A stretch of DNA of 62,105 nt, filler included, from Basidiobolus ranarum (lineage: Eukaryota): NCBI GenBank assembly GCA_040143965.1. It is 15 parts of 15 records of this genome, joined end to end, with 100 filler letters (N's around TTAATTAATTAA, not from the genome) between each part and the next. Parts side by side here need not be neighbours in the genome. Positions count along the whole stretch, not along the records: positions 45,663 to 49,701 come from JASJQH010009020.1; positions 49,802 to 53,838 come from JASJQH010009021.1; positions 53,939 to 57,973 come from JASJQH010009022.1; positions 58,074 to 62,105 come from JASJQH010009023.1; 11 more parts are not named here. One strand, 5' to 3'. The notes beneath the pieces are model-generated. The model was not told where the DNA came from, did no database searches, and saw only the letters and a program-made list of their open reading frames with translations. Made by a program: the position numbers and the translations under genes. Every line of letters starts with the position of its first letter. Positions within the stretch are counted from its first letter, which is position 1. This document shows positions 49,601 to 62,105 of the stretch, piece by piece.

Positions 49601-49701
49601 ATGACTTCTACAAATACAGCCAAGGTCGCCAGTGCTAGGGACATTCCTGCAGTGAGAAAAGCTGAACCTGGAACTCCACTTCCAGTCGATTATAGTACCA
49701 C
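49601..49701 (+). CDS. eIF4E-binding protein (4E-BP) N-terminus, truncated at contig edge
   Basis: MTSTNTAKVASARDIPAVRK..LPVDYST(T) parallels the animal 4E-BP1 SRAIPATRR..LPPGDYSTTPGG segment. Confidence 0.65.
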
Positions 49702-49801
49702 NNNNNNNNNNNNNNNNNNNNNNNNNNNNNNNNNNNNNNNNNNNNTTAATTAATTAANNNNNNNNNNNNNNNNNNNNNNNNNNNNNNNNNNNNNNNNNNN
49801 N

Positions 49802-49920
49802 CCCCATACCCCCTGCTTTCTTTTTATACTGGGAGGACTGTGTCCCCCAGACCCCCTCTTTTCATCCTTACCCTTCCCAGAACATCTATACCCAAACCCT
49901 AACCCTAACCCTATATAAGC
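49802..49920 (+). repeat. C-rich segment with gggaggactgtgtcccccagaccccc and short (CCCTAA)n-like run
   Basis: cccaaaccctaaccctaaccct at ~49891-49912. Confidence 0.5.
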
Positions 49921-50950
49921 TAAATAAAGTCCACACCACCTGGTGCTTTTCATCCCCCTAAGAAACATATTATATGATTAATTTTCCTTACGCGAATTGT
50001 CTTTTGGAACGTGAGCAAGCAATGAGAATTAAGGCACACCATATCTTTGGATAACATTACATCGACATTGCTATAGATAAGTACCCATGTTTACAAAAGA
50101 AATAAAAAAAATCCACATTTTATGTGAATGTACGTAATTTTGAGTGTGCCCTGTAGTTTGTTGCGATCGATTGCAGTCCCATAACCCATGATTTGTTAGT
50201 GTTGAGGAATTCGTGTTTCATCATGGCGTATCCACAAGGCATATTATTCGTTCGAATGGCGGGCAATTTTTCAACAGGTTCGTGTGCCTGGATTTGCATC
50301 ATGTGATGCAATGGCTTTGCGATTGTACTGAATGCGATATGCAATCTGGATTTGTGTAGATTTATTAATGTGAAATGGTTCCCGTATATTTCACCGAAGT
50401 CTTCGCTTGGCACTAGTATTGTTGACGTGTCATGACTGGGTCTCGACACTGCGAGTCGTGTTGTTTCCTCATGTTCTATGAAATCCTAAACGTATACTTT
50501 AACCCTGCTACTAAGCTTCGTGCGCGTGCTATGATAGTCAGGGGTGTGGCTCTACTTGGGGAGGGCAGCATACGGCGATACGGCATCAAAGATGTTCTGG
50601 TGTTTATTCATTGCTGACAGCAGGCTGCAATCTAACCTGTATATAGCATAGTAAGTATTTGCCCGTTTCAATACTGATGTTGATGTACCAAGTTTCATCA
50701 GCCTACCGCACCGCATCCATGGATTTCAAACATGTAATTTGAGGCAGACCCCAAAATAGACTATTACATGTGTTAGCCCTGCCAGATTACGCATACGTGG
50801 CTAAGTCGACGTCATATCGTTCCCAGTATAAATTGGTTCTCTGTGCCCGAGAGTTTCTCCCCGCGTAGCCGCAAAATACATCTATTTTTACGATAATTTT
50901 ATACGCCAACCACACCCGATTGCTCAAATTAGTTCCCACCTTCGACAATA

Positions 50951-51898
50951 ATGAAATCATACCTCGTGACATGTGTCTCGCTATTGATGGCGACAATTTC
51001 TGTACTCGCAGACGGTTGTGGCAAGACCTCTCGAGTTGGCTTTCACTCGGGTCTCACCATGCATTCCGGAGACCGAACTCGAACTTATGCTATCAATATT
51101 CCTAGCACATACAACGACCATCCCTACAAGAAATGGCCTCTGATCATTGATTTTCACGGCAACGGTGGGACCCCGGAGCAACAGTATAACAATTCGATGT
51201 ACTATGCATATGCCGCTGGTCAGAAATACATCGTTGTCTACCCCGCTGGTGTATCAAAGCATTGGCAAGGCCCGAGCTATGCTGTCCCTGGTGTGGATGA
51301 TCTCCAATTTACTACCGATTTGCTCGAGGTTATTCGAAACAATTATTGTATTGACTCGAATCATATCTATGCTTCTGGCAAAAGCAACGGCGGAGGGTTC
51401 GTCGATACTCTTGCCTGTTCTGATAATGGCGACGAATTTGCAGCTTTTGCAATGGCGGCGGCCGCATTGTATACTGACACCTCGCGTGCCGGATGTAACA
51501 AAAGCCGCCCAATTCTCGAAGCTCACGGCTTAGCGGATAGGACCATTCCATACAAGGGAACTTCTGATGGTAATGGAGGGCCTTTGCCTAGCATCCTCGC
51601 TTGGCTTGATTGGTGGGCTGAACGGGACGGATGTCCCCAAGGGAACGCTCAAAAGACAACTGTAGCGAAAACAGGATACAACATTATCTGGTACACTTGC
51701 AATGGCATCAGCCAGGTGGTGAAACATTATCAAGTCCCGGGACTAGGACATTGCTGGCCCAGCAGCCATGGCAACAACTATGATAGCCGAAAATCGAGCT
51801 GTTCTGATCGATCGTTGGATTTCACTCCTGTTGTTCTAGACTTTTTCAACTCATGGGATCTCGTCAAAACCTCAAGCCTGGGCGCAAATTCTGAGTAA
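50951..51898 (+). CDS. Secreted alpha/beta-hydrolase, feruloyl esterase / PHB-depolymerase-like (CE1-type)
   Basis: Intronless 315-aa ORF; signal peptide, LIIDFHGNGG, YASGKSNGG (GxSxG nucleophile), HGLAD, GLGHCWP. Confidence 0.9.
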   Translation: MKSYLVTCVSLLMATISVLADGCGKTSRVGFHSGLTMHSGDRTRTYAINIPSTYNDHPYKKWPLIIDFHGNGGTPEQQYNNSMYYAYAAGQKYIVVYPAGVSKHWQGPSYAVPGVDDLQFTTDLLEVIRNNYCIDSNHIYASGKSNGGGFVDTLACSDNGDEFAAFAMAAAALYTDTSRAGCNKSRPILEAHGLADRTIPYKGTSDGNGGPLPSILAWLDWWAERDGCPQGNAQKTTVAKTGYNIIWYTCNGISQVVKHYQVPGLGHCWPSSHGNNYDSRKSSCSDRSLDFTPVVLDFFNSWDLVKTSSLGANSE

Positions 51899-53730
51899 GT
51901 CTAATTTGTGGCTGCTACCACACCCATCGTTAATAGTCACTAATGCCATGCCAACGAAAACTTTGTCTACTCTAGTCTATGCTCTTAATCTTGCACTGCG
52001 ATCCATCATTGACCGATTTGCAATGGTTTTAAATCTCACATTGATATGTACACTATCCCTCGTGATCCCTATTTTGTGTTATAATTACGTGTAACGAGGA
52101 AACAATAATTAAAGTACAGTTCCCCATATGCTCAATGTCGTTGCTTTTAAAGCTGGATATTTTGGTAGTTTTGTTCTTGTAGTCGTCGCAAATATTCATA
52201 AACAGGATTTTAGTGCCGTGATGAAAGAAACGGATAGCAGTATCTCGATTTCTCGAAGGTAAAAGAAAAATTCTAAGCATGAGTAGCATTGTATATATCT
52301 TACTTCATTCGGTGGCTGCTCTGTTTTCCTTCGTAGAAGGGTATTTAGATTATGTATAGCATGATCAAAAATTTGCAATAGGCAGGAAGCTTGTAAGCGA
52401 CCATTTAACTTTTGGGTGAGTGGGGAGAATTATTTATTCTGATTTTGGATCTTCTTCCTTTCAGAGGTAAATGACCAGCCTTATCTTTCCGAGCCTTGAT
52501 GATGACAGTATACTTGGAGCAGCTCTTAAGGGCTCCTTTTGCCGTTAGCAGACGTTTAATTGGGCAAGTGACTGGTTTGATAGGGGAAACTCTTCAGATG
52601 TAACGCCGGGCTGTCGACGCTCAGTGTATTGTACCAAATACAAGACCAGCTAGTATTTTCGTACGAGTTCGACACTCAGAAATCGAGCCCATGGTTTTAT
52701 TTAGGTATTGCTGCGTGAGGGAACATGTATGTCCCCAAGAACAACGGTTGTCATGAGGGGAGAAGACCCACCTGCGACATCTTCCTGATTGTCAGAAGGG
52801 ACGACTTCTTCCACGTCGTATGCATGGAGATTATGGGAAGAGATTAGTTTTGGTACGAGAACTCTTGACCCATTCGATCTTTTTCCCTGCTGCAAAATCG
52901 GGATGGTCCTTGGCAAGAGAAAAATCACATTGAGTAGAGCCTGGCACAAGCAAGCATATTATTCGGTTCAGCCTAGTGTACATGCAACGAAGATGAGGCA
53001 GATACTTTCAACTATGCTCGAATTGGGTGGAATGATGGTGCTGTACCGTTGAATTGACAGAGGGGGTATAGTAGTGTGTACAGTTGATGCGGAAAACAAT
53101 CGGTAACCTGGTAAATCGAGTGTTCAGTAAAATGGCATCCAGTAGTGATCATTTTATACGATATAGTTGTCATCGAGATTGGGGCGTGTATTGACCCTTA
53201 CTTCGATAACCATATCAAGTACTGGGATTTGACATTCTTTTATTTGAATTAAACAAAGAATTGTTTTTGGAGAGCAGTTCTGCCACCCCTGATCCATAAA
53301 AAGTCAATGGTGAAAGAATTGGTTGTTGACGGAGATTGCTGCAATTGCGTTGGTTTATTTTGACTTGCACTAGGCCTACTGAATTGAATGATGGATTTTT
53401 AGTTACATATGAGTCTGGTATAGCTACTCTTTCTGATGTCAAGAGAGTACTGTAGTCTACATGCTCAAGATCAACTTTCTTGAAGCTTCTCCTGACTAGC
53501 CTTAGTGAACAATCTACTGCTAATGTCTCTTCTTATGTCACTGGCTAGAAAACAACCTCACCTAATGGAATAGACTAAATAGATGAAAAGCTTTAAAAAA
53601 TGAATAATATTGCAGAGAACATGACAAAGATTGCCAGGTCATATGTGAGGCATTGTGCATGATAATATTTCATTCAGTTCACCAGAAGAGATTCTGCAGA
53701 GCTAAGATAGCCAGGAGAAAATGAATTGAT

Positions 53731-53838
53731 TGTTAAAGTATTTGGGAGCCTGTTGGAAGTGGTTTGGAGAATTAGAGGAATTGGTGGTTTTCACTTATTG
53801 ATTTATTGAGTAGAAAGTTGACATTTATAGTTTTGTCA
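53731..53838 (-). mobile_element. Copia family A LTR 3' end
   Basis: Near-identical to 4473-4580. Confidence 0.9.
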
Positions 53839-53938
53839 NNNNNNNNNNNNNNNNNNNNNNNNNNNNNNNNNNNNNNNNNNNNTTAATTAATTAANNNNNN
53901 NNNNNNNNNNNNNNNNNNNNNNNNNNNNNNNNNNNNNN

Positions 53939-56430
53939 TGGAGATGGCAAGATCAATGTTACATGATCAAAAGTTAGATTACCAATATTGGGCTGAATCT
54001 GTCTCCACTGCAGTCTATATCAAAAACAGATGCGCAACAACATTGCTACCAAATTCTACTCCATTTGAAGCCATATATGGATCAAAACCAAGTGTGGATC
54101 ATTTCAGGATCTTTGGTTGGATAGCAAATTGCCTGATTCTAGCCCAAAAATACAAAAGCAGAAAAAGCATGTTTCTTGGTTTATGATGGATCCAAGGCCT
54201 ATGCAATGTTTGATACCAAAAAGCAGTAGTTAATCATGTGAAGCAATGTGATATTTGATGAAAAAGCAAATTTTTGCCTCAAATCACAGTTCTTGATCCA
54301 TCAAACACAACCAGCACTATTCAGGAAGTGTCTGACAAAGTTCCAGCTCTATCTGAGCCCTATTCAACTAAAATTTCAGTCTCAAGTACATCACAGGATG
54401 ATTCAGGCCCCAGAAGATCAGCCAGAAGGAGATATCAGCCAAGAAAGTGGTGGAACACTTTCAATGATGCTGTATATGCTTATGCAGCATTCTGTGACAA
54501 GTCACAGACTCTAGAGCAAGCTCTGGAGTGTGCAGAATCCAAATGATGGGAAAAAGCAATGTCAGATCAGTTTTCTTCACTTCAGGACAATAAAAGAATG
54601 GTTTCAAGTCCTTCACCATCAGAGAGAAAACAAACAGGTTGAAAATGGGTCTGCAATGTTAAAGCTGAGCTGATGGAACCATAGAAAGGTCCAAATCAAG
54701 ATTAGTTGCAAAAGGTTATTCTCAGACTCCAGGAGTTGATTTTAATAAAACCTTTGCTCCAGTAGCTAACTTTAGATCCATTAGAATATTCCTGGCACTC
54801 TCAGCCATCCATATCCTTGATTACATTCAATGGATGTAAAAACAACCCTTCTGAATGGAAATCCAGAAGACAAGATCTATATGGAGCAACCAGATGTATT
54901 TGTTGACCCAAAACATCCTGAAATGGCTGGTAAACTGCAAAGATTGCTATATGTACTCAAGCAAGCACCCAGGGCATGGTACAACAAGATAAATATCTAT
55001 TTGGAAATACTAGAAATCTAAAAATGTAGAGTTGATCACAGTATTTGTATTAAAACAACTGGAAATAGGATTCTAATCTTGGCACTATGTGTTGATGACT
55101 TAATCATAGCCACATACAATCTAGTAGCATTTAATCAGATTAAAAGCAGCTTATCAAACCAATTTCAGATGACTTATAGAGGAGAATTAAGTTAATTTGA
55201 ATTGCAATCCAAGACAAGAGATATAAACCCAATCAGAAAATAATGCTAAATCAGTCTAGATACATCATAGATATCCTAAGAAGTTACAACATGGAGAATA
55301 GCATGCCTGTATCAACACCAATGGATCCCAATATGAAATTAATCAAAATTTGACCCAATTTGGCCCAAAATGACTCAAATCAAAGCCTGGAGTTCCCTTA
55401 TCAATCCATAGTGGGTAGTTTAGTATATACATTAGGTAGAACATGTCCAAATATTGCTGTGGCAGTGGGAACTGTCAGCCAATGTCTGAAAAACTCAGGA
55501 TCTGAGCACAAAACTGCAGTAAAGTAAATATTCAGGTATTTGAGAGGAACAATAGATCTGGTACTGGAGTTCTCTGCACCTCCTGATGCACAAAACTTTG
55601 AAGGCTACAGTGATGCAGACTGGTGAAGAAATCTTTAATGATAAAAGATGAACAACTGGGTGCATCTTTCTCTATGGTAATGGAGCCATAACTTGGAATA
55701 GTAAGAAGCAACCCACTGTAGGAATTTCCACTACAGCAGCTGAGTATATGGATGCCTCAGCCACTACACAAAAAGCTCCGTGGTTAAAGAAGTTATTTAC
55801 AGACTTAGGATACATGCAAAACATGCTATTACTGGATTGGAAGATAATCAAAGATGTATTTCATTGGCTAAAAACACTACATTTCATGCAAGAACAAAAC
55901 ATATAAATATTATGTATCATTTTGTTAGAGAAGCAATAGCAAATGATGTAATTAAACTTGTGCCCTACATGAAGAAATAATAGCTGATATCTTAGCCATA
56001 CCTTTAGCTAAAGCACAATTTGAATTATTAAGTTATAAGTTAGTTTACAGAAATACAAAATAGCTAGTTGAGTGGGAATGTTTAAATTGGGTATATAGCA
56101 ACCAATTATGTAGTAGTTAGTTTATTCATATTCTGATTATTTAGCACTCAATTCTGCCATTCAAAAATGTGTGTTTGTTGCTCTAATTGATAGAAATATC
56201 AATTAGGTCACTTTTATCAATTTTCACTATTTTCTCAAAACTTCTCCAAATCACCTCAAATTTTCACCCATGTTTAACAGGCATGTTTGCTATGATCTAA
56301 GCATGTCTAATAGTCCTATTTCTTAGCAAACTATAAATAGGACATATTCAATTCAACAAAACTCAAGTGTCTAATTCTTAAATACAAACCTTGTCCAGAA
56401 CATTTCCAAGTCCCCTGACCACTTTTATCA
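53939..56430 (+). mobile_element. Decayed Copia family B integrase-RT-RNase H, PPT (agttgagtgggaa) and 3' LTR (56079-56430)
   Basis: [53 protein letters not shown] ends ttttatca. Confidence 0.92.
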
Positions 56431-56813
56431 GATATTGATAAAAACCTGTATTGGTTATGATTAAAACCTTGGGTATGATTGATATCTTGGGTATCAAGAA
56501 CACTATAAAAATAATCTAGAGACTATATTCAAAAACCAGAGATTTTGAGGATGACAAATAGCATTGAAGTGGTAAATGTCAAGAATTTGAGTTACATTTT
56601 TTGCACATTTGTCAATGCTTAGTTCTCTGAGATTGTAGCCAGTCATGTGCAACTATTTTGCAAGATCTTGAAATTTCACTCCTGAAACTGAAAATATTGA
56701 TTAAAATTAAATCTGGCTTGAAGGTTGTATAATGGTAAGTACATCATCAATCCAAAATGGATTAAAATTGTTATGGTTCTGATACAAAAACAATCTTCAA
56801 ATTTCTGTTAGGG
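56431..56813 (+). mobile_element. Family D accessory-ORF tail and left end
   Basis: Matches 35470-35842; ends atttctgttaggg. Confidence 0.7.
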
Positions 56814-57510
56814 AGTGCTGCTCCATTTGAAGCTCTGTGTTAATCAAATCAAGGGTGGGTCATCTCAGGATCTTTGGTTGAACAGCATATTACTTAATAT
56901 CAGCTCAAATACACACTATATTGGAACTCAAAATGCAGAGATGTGATATTAGATGAAAAGGCACATTTATCACTGTCAATGATATTTTTTGATCTACAAC
57001 ATACATTCAGCACTTGTCAGGAGGTGTCTGAAAATATTTCAGCTGTATCTACACCCTATTTGATGAAAATTCCCATCCCAATTATATCAGGGGATGATTC
57101 AGGGCATAGGGATCACCCAGAAGGAGGAATTACCAAGTGAACGTGGTAACACTTCTATGCTAATATCTATGCTTATGCAGAATTCTGTGACAAGCCACAG
57201 ACTTTTGATTAATTTGTGAAGTGTCCAGAATCAAAAACAAGGGGAAAGCCATTAGCTGATGCGATTTCTTCACCTTGGGCCAATATAAGGTGGGTTATCA
57301 ATGCTCTAATATCAGGGAGTAAGCTATTTGGTTGCAAATAGGTCTAGGAAGTCAAAAATCAAGCTGATGGAACTTTAGAAAGGTGCAAGTCAATATTAGT
57401 TGCAAATAGTTATTCCCCACCTTCTGAGTTAAGTTAAATGAAAAATTTGCTTCAGGAGCCAAGTTTAGCACTATTAGATCAAACTAGCACTCTCAGTTAT
57501 TTATCTTCCA
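56814..57510 (+). mobile_element. Copia family B integrase/RT fragment
   Basis: Homologous to 54055-54800. Confidence 0.8.
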
Positions 57511-57620
57511 AGATAGGAAAGCTATTGAATAAATGATGTAGGGTCCCCAATAGAAAGCTGTGCTTGGAAAGATTCTTGAGTAAAATTATGTCTTACTCAC
57601 CCTTAGGTCCTGACTCCATG

Positions 57621-57973
57621 CCCTTACAAAGATAAAACTGATTTGATCCGTATTGGATCCACCCTCCAAAAGAGCAAAACTGTCAGATAATTGTCACAAT
57701 ATTGGTGGCTTGCATTCTACCAGGGATCTTGATGGTGTGATGGTGGTTTCTTGATGGTGTTTGATGGAATCAAAAAATACTAGAACCTTGTTGTGTTTAG
57801 TCTCTACATATGCACATACTTGACTGATTAGACATAACTCAACAACTTCATTATGCTTTACAAGCAAACTAATGGTGGAAAAATTGCTAAACATCTGAAA
57901 TTTTGAATAGCACTGACACTTGGCAAAGAGCTGACTCTTGTTACCATTCACAATGAGAATAAGCTCTTGGATT
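57621..57973 (-). mobile_element. Family D transposase C-terminal fragment and right end
   Basis: Reverse-complement match to 18420-18630 and 18820-18948; terminus cccttacaaagat. Confidence 0.65.
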
Positions 57974-59103
57974 NNNNNNNNNNNNNNNNNNNNNNNNNNN
58001 NNNNNNNNNNNNNNNNNTTAATTAATTAANNNNNNNNNNNNNNNNNNNNNNNNNNNNNNNNNNNNNNNNNNNNTTTTCATCCTTTCCTTGCTTTAATATT
58101 ACCTCTTGTTTATAACACCAAAAATCGTTTTGTGGGTACAATGTCAGATTGCTTTACTATATATCCTGTGGCATATGAGTTTGGCTGAAAACCACGTAGA
58201 ACTGAAAGCTCAAACATAAAGCTACCCATTTAGGAAATAGCACACTGGATATATCAACATCGCCATGAAATATCCATCATCCTGGTGGTTGTGTATCCAA
58301 AAATGGAGGCTGAAGAATCAATGACTTGATACCTATTTCAACTTCCTCGGTTTTAAAAATTAAAGGACACTCTGGTCAGCAGTCAACAATAGATATTGTT
58401 TCCGTTGTATCTCGCTGACAACTTCCAGATGTTGAATCTAAAACAACAATAAAACCGATAAAAAACAGGACCCCGTACCTTGGTTACTTTATATGATTTG
58501 CCCCGAGCATATACCAGATAATAGCCTTCGTTGGGAAGTAGCATTGCGTCCACCTGTATATATTAGCCTAAATGAATTTTTGTACACCAAAATGAATTCC
58601 ATGACATCTACCTATTTATATTAGATCCCAGTCTCGCTGTAACACCACCAGGACTCACTTTGACCATTTATAATAGTGTAAGCTTAGCCATTAATCTACT
58701 TGCGTGCATATTTAAACTCTGATCACCAATATCTTGACTCTTTTAAGAAATAGACAGTCGTCAGGTCACGCGAATATCACATTTAATGCTTCTATAGGCC
58801 GTGAAACCATATATGTCTATGTCATCTCTGATGCTTAGTTAGATGCCAAGAGTTTATTATACATACTAAAGTTGAATTTCAACTAAAGATATAACTTGAC
58901 CGAGGCTCTTGGCTTTTCAGAAATGATGATCAATGCGCATAGTATTCATTCGTGTTTTCCATCAGGGATCATCTGATTTCGATTAGTTCTTTAAGGTTGG
59001 ATGTTAAAACAATATCTTGATTATGCCTCAGCCTCAAAAACTCTGACAACTTTCAATTTCTCCTGTCTAGTTGAGTTCTTGAAGCTCGAGTTATATTACA
59101 GCA

Positions 59104-62100
59104 ATGGCCAAATCTATTAGAGACGAGGAAGTTCCTCGTCTCTTTGAGGATCTTTTGGTACGTTCATATTGTACTGTTTATCCGAAAAATCTCTTATACT
59201 GAGCGTTAACTTGAATAAACAGAATGAGATGGGTCTTGACGATTCCAAAAAAACTCCTCTCAGAGTACTTCCACTACAGCACAAGAAGAGTATGCTTAGA
59301 GCGCAGAAAGATTTAAAGGCACAAGATGTACATCTCTTCATCAAATGTGAAGGCTATTTCCTAGTATGCTAAAATTTGAGTTTTCATAGGTGAAACATCT
59401 TCGTTCCGGGCGTTTCGACAGTATGCCCGAATTTTATATTCGCAAGCTAACTGACGTAGATATTCGATACCTCTCTGTCAGAGACTTATCCTCTTTACGA
59501 GTTTCTCTGACTACTCAATCCCTAACGTCAGTATTATTAGAAATTCAATTATTAGAGTATAACTGACATTGTCTGTTCACAGATGGGTCAATCAATTCAT
59601 ACAATTAAAAGGCCTTCGGTACCTCTCCAATATTCTCGTGAAATTCAGCAGCACGTATCAAAGGTAGTAGGATATGCCGTGATTCTCTTCAGCAGTGGTA
59701 CTGATTTAGCTTCTACAAATCATATATATATATATATATAGATCAAACTCCGACAACCAGATTGAGCACGAAGTAGTCCGTTGTTTAAAAGCATTGTTTA
59801 ACACCAAAGTAAGGTCATGATAATTCTTTGAATCTCATGGTCTATGTAGCTCATTTTTAGTTTTCGACAGAGTGGTATCAAAGATGCTTTAATACAACCC
59901 AAGTCTGTGACCAACTTATGTTTTTCACTAGATTCACCTTTGATTGGCACTCGAAAACTAGTCGTTGAAGTAATGATTTTCCTATGTCATTATGAATTAC
60001 CAGTCGGCCTCAACCAAGTTCTGAAAGGAATTCACAAAGTTGAACATATGCGAAAAGAGTATGGAGCATTTGAAGCTTGGTTAAGACCATTTGAGGCTAC
60101 CATCGATGGCCATAGGCGCCTGGGATCAACAGCTAACCCAGCTCAGTACAATGACCAGGAACTTGTAGATTACATTGTAAATCATCAATTATCTATCAGT
60201 TAATCTTCCATATTATTCATGACTTGCCTTTTTCTGTCTCTCTAGCTATCCAATCTGATTTTACTCAATAGTATTGTTGGAAACTGCAACGAAGTAGAAT
60301 TGAGAATTCACATCAGAACCCAAATGAATGCTGTTGGTCTCCGCAGAGCCATCCGAGTATGTGTTCAAATATATACATACTAAATATGCTACCTGTGAAC
60401 CTTATCATTCTTTTTTTTGTGATAGAAAGTCAAAGTTTTTGCCGATGAAGCGATAAATCTTCAAGTTTCAAAGTATCTATTCGAGGCTGAACAAGATCTG
60501 CTGTACTTGATGGATAGTCATGCAGTAGAGAGCGACGATGGCTCTTCTATTACCACTCCCTCATTGCCCGACACTTCTGATCCTCTAACTCTGTTCCAAA
60601 TACTACTGTCTTCTGTAGAGAACACCACCTGCTACCATAATTTCTTATCTATTCACCAACATATGGTAATGATTCCCTCAGATCCTGTGGCCAAGTTTGT
60701 AACCAATTTCTAGAGAGTAATTTTATTGTGTACTCTATTTCTCACTATCTGTTAACTTACAGACAGAAGATCTATAAGCTAATCGACAGACTTGTGATGC
60801 AGATTATCCTAGATGATACCGGAATGCCACAAGATCTTTCAAATACATACGGTATTTCTGTTGGTAATTTGCTTTCACGATTTGGGAACGAAGATAAAAT
60901 CGACGAGTTGCAGGAAGAGCTTAGAAAGGCCAAAATGGACGCAACCAGAGCTCATAAGAAACGTTCTGAAGTTGAAATGCAACTTGGAATGATCAACGAT
61001 GGATTATTTGGAAATATGAAAACTAGGATAGCATCCCTTGAGGATATGTTGGCTATGTCAAGGAACACTGTTGAGCTCCAAAAAAATCAGATTGCTCAAT
61101 TAACTAAAAAAGTGGAGCGCTTGAATTCTCGCCATCCAAATCTACACCATTCGGATCTTTCATCGCTAGCATTGCCCACATCATTGTCATTTCCCAATCC
61201 TGATGACTTTATTCCTTCCTGTGGAACTCTAACTATTAAATCCGGAAAGGTACCCTATGTCAAAGAGACAGCTAATGATTACTGGAGAAGATCATCTACT
61301 TCTACCTCTACCTCAAGGTCAGATTTGATATACAATGCAGGACCCAGCTCTACCAGTACCGAAGTCTCACGTAGCAACTTGCGTGAATTATCCCCTTTTC
61401 ACTCTCCATCGTTCTCACAATATGAAAGGAGACCTGCAGAAGTGTCTCAATGGCCGGCTCCACCAGAGACCCATTACTCTCACACTCTCCCTCATTACAC
61501 CGGAGGCCTTTCTCCAGTCTCGCCAGGTATATCATTCAATGTAAACATATTTCCCCTGGAAGGTATATTCTAATCTAATACAATTATTTAGTCCACCACC
61601 ATGAATCTCCTGAACGCTACAATAGGCATTTTTATAGATCTGGTACCCCTTCCACCGCACCTATGGCTTACGAACCGGTCGGGTCTGGCTATGCCAGCGA
61701 CTATTACGGTGGTAGCACACCCTCTTATATACCTCAAATAGGAGGTTTTCCATTCCCCACACTTCCAAACCAAACATCCAGCTATAATCATTATGATTGG
61801 AATCCTTCTCACGAGAGAGTTTCTCATAATGTTGATGATTCTTTTCCGCCTTCTCCTCAAACAGGACATTATCCTTCTGTATATAACTCCCCAACCTCCA
61901 ATTCGCAAACTCCATCAAACGCGCCAGAGATTTCACATCACAAACCTCCACCACTTCCTCCTCGACCTTCTTTTAGAGCAAGATCAAACCCTCGATTCAA
62001 ACCCCTACCAGATCCAAAGATTGTTTCATCAGAGAAAAACAACATAAGGAGAAACAGTGATTCCCTTTCGAGTATCGTATCAGAATCATCGTCAGAAAGT

Positions 62101-62105
62101 ACTCC
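59104..62105 (+). CDS. Formin-family protein, N-terminal GBD/FH3 region plus coiled coil and S/P-rich region; multi-exon, 3' end beyond window
   Basis: Spliced exons: MAKSIRDEEVPRLFEDLL / NEMGL..KKSML / PEFYIRKL..LRVSLTTQSLT / WVNQFIQLKGL / EHEVVRCLKALFN / LDSPLIGTRKLVVEVMIFLC..FEAW / LLNSIV..RIHIRTQM, typical Drf_GBD/Drf_FH3 motifs. Confidence 0.85.

Noticed and set aside
4069-58073. Regularly spaced TTAATTAATTAA palindromes about every 4.14 kb
   Set aside because: Artificial N-flanked linkers between length-sorted contigs; ORFs running into X residues and any cross-contig gene clustering are artefacts.
59722-59740. (AT)n microsatellite
   Set aside because: Ordinary intronic simple repeat.

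Overview
This window is not one locus. It is 15 unrelated ~4 kb contigs (4068 down to 4032 bp, in decreasing length) joined by artificial 100-nt spacers (44 N + TTAATTAATTAA + 44 N), so adjacency across a spacer means nothing. The DNA is AT-rich, eukaryotic and fungal, with mostly ~55-75-nt GT-AG introns. A Tra2, an animal-like 4E-BP and a 7TM-RGS point to an early-diverging fungus; a Basidiobolus-like zoopagomycete is my inference only. Host genes: a GH16 Crh-type transglycosylase, a Gli-like C2H2 factor, a CBM18-CE4 chitin deacetylase, a 7TM-RGS receptor, an alpha-arrestin, the 3' end of a carnitine acetyltransferase, a secreted large-subunit catalase, Tra2, the 5' end of a 4E-BP, a secreted esterase (HGT candidate) and a formin GBD/FH3 N-terminus. 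About 40% of the window is decayed, CpG-depleted mobile DNA. It includes two Copia families with a half-tRNA-iMet PBS, a chromovirus with an apparent self-priming PBS, and a CCC-terminated CMC/EnSpm-like DNA transposon. The best find is on contig 4: a decayed Fanzor1 (eukaryotic TnpB-derived RNA-guided nuclease) C-terminal half at ~12690-13343. It carries an apparent spliceosomal intron and is followed by a multi-hairpin segment (13344-13439) placed where an omegaRNA scaffold and element right end would be.
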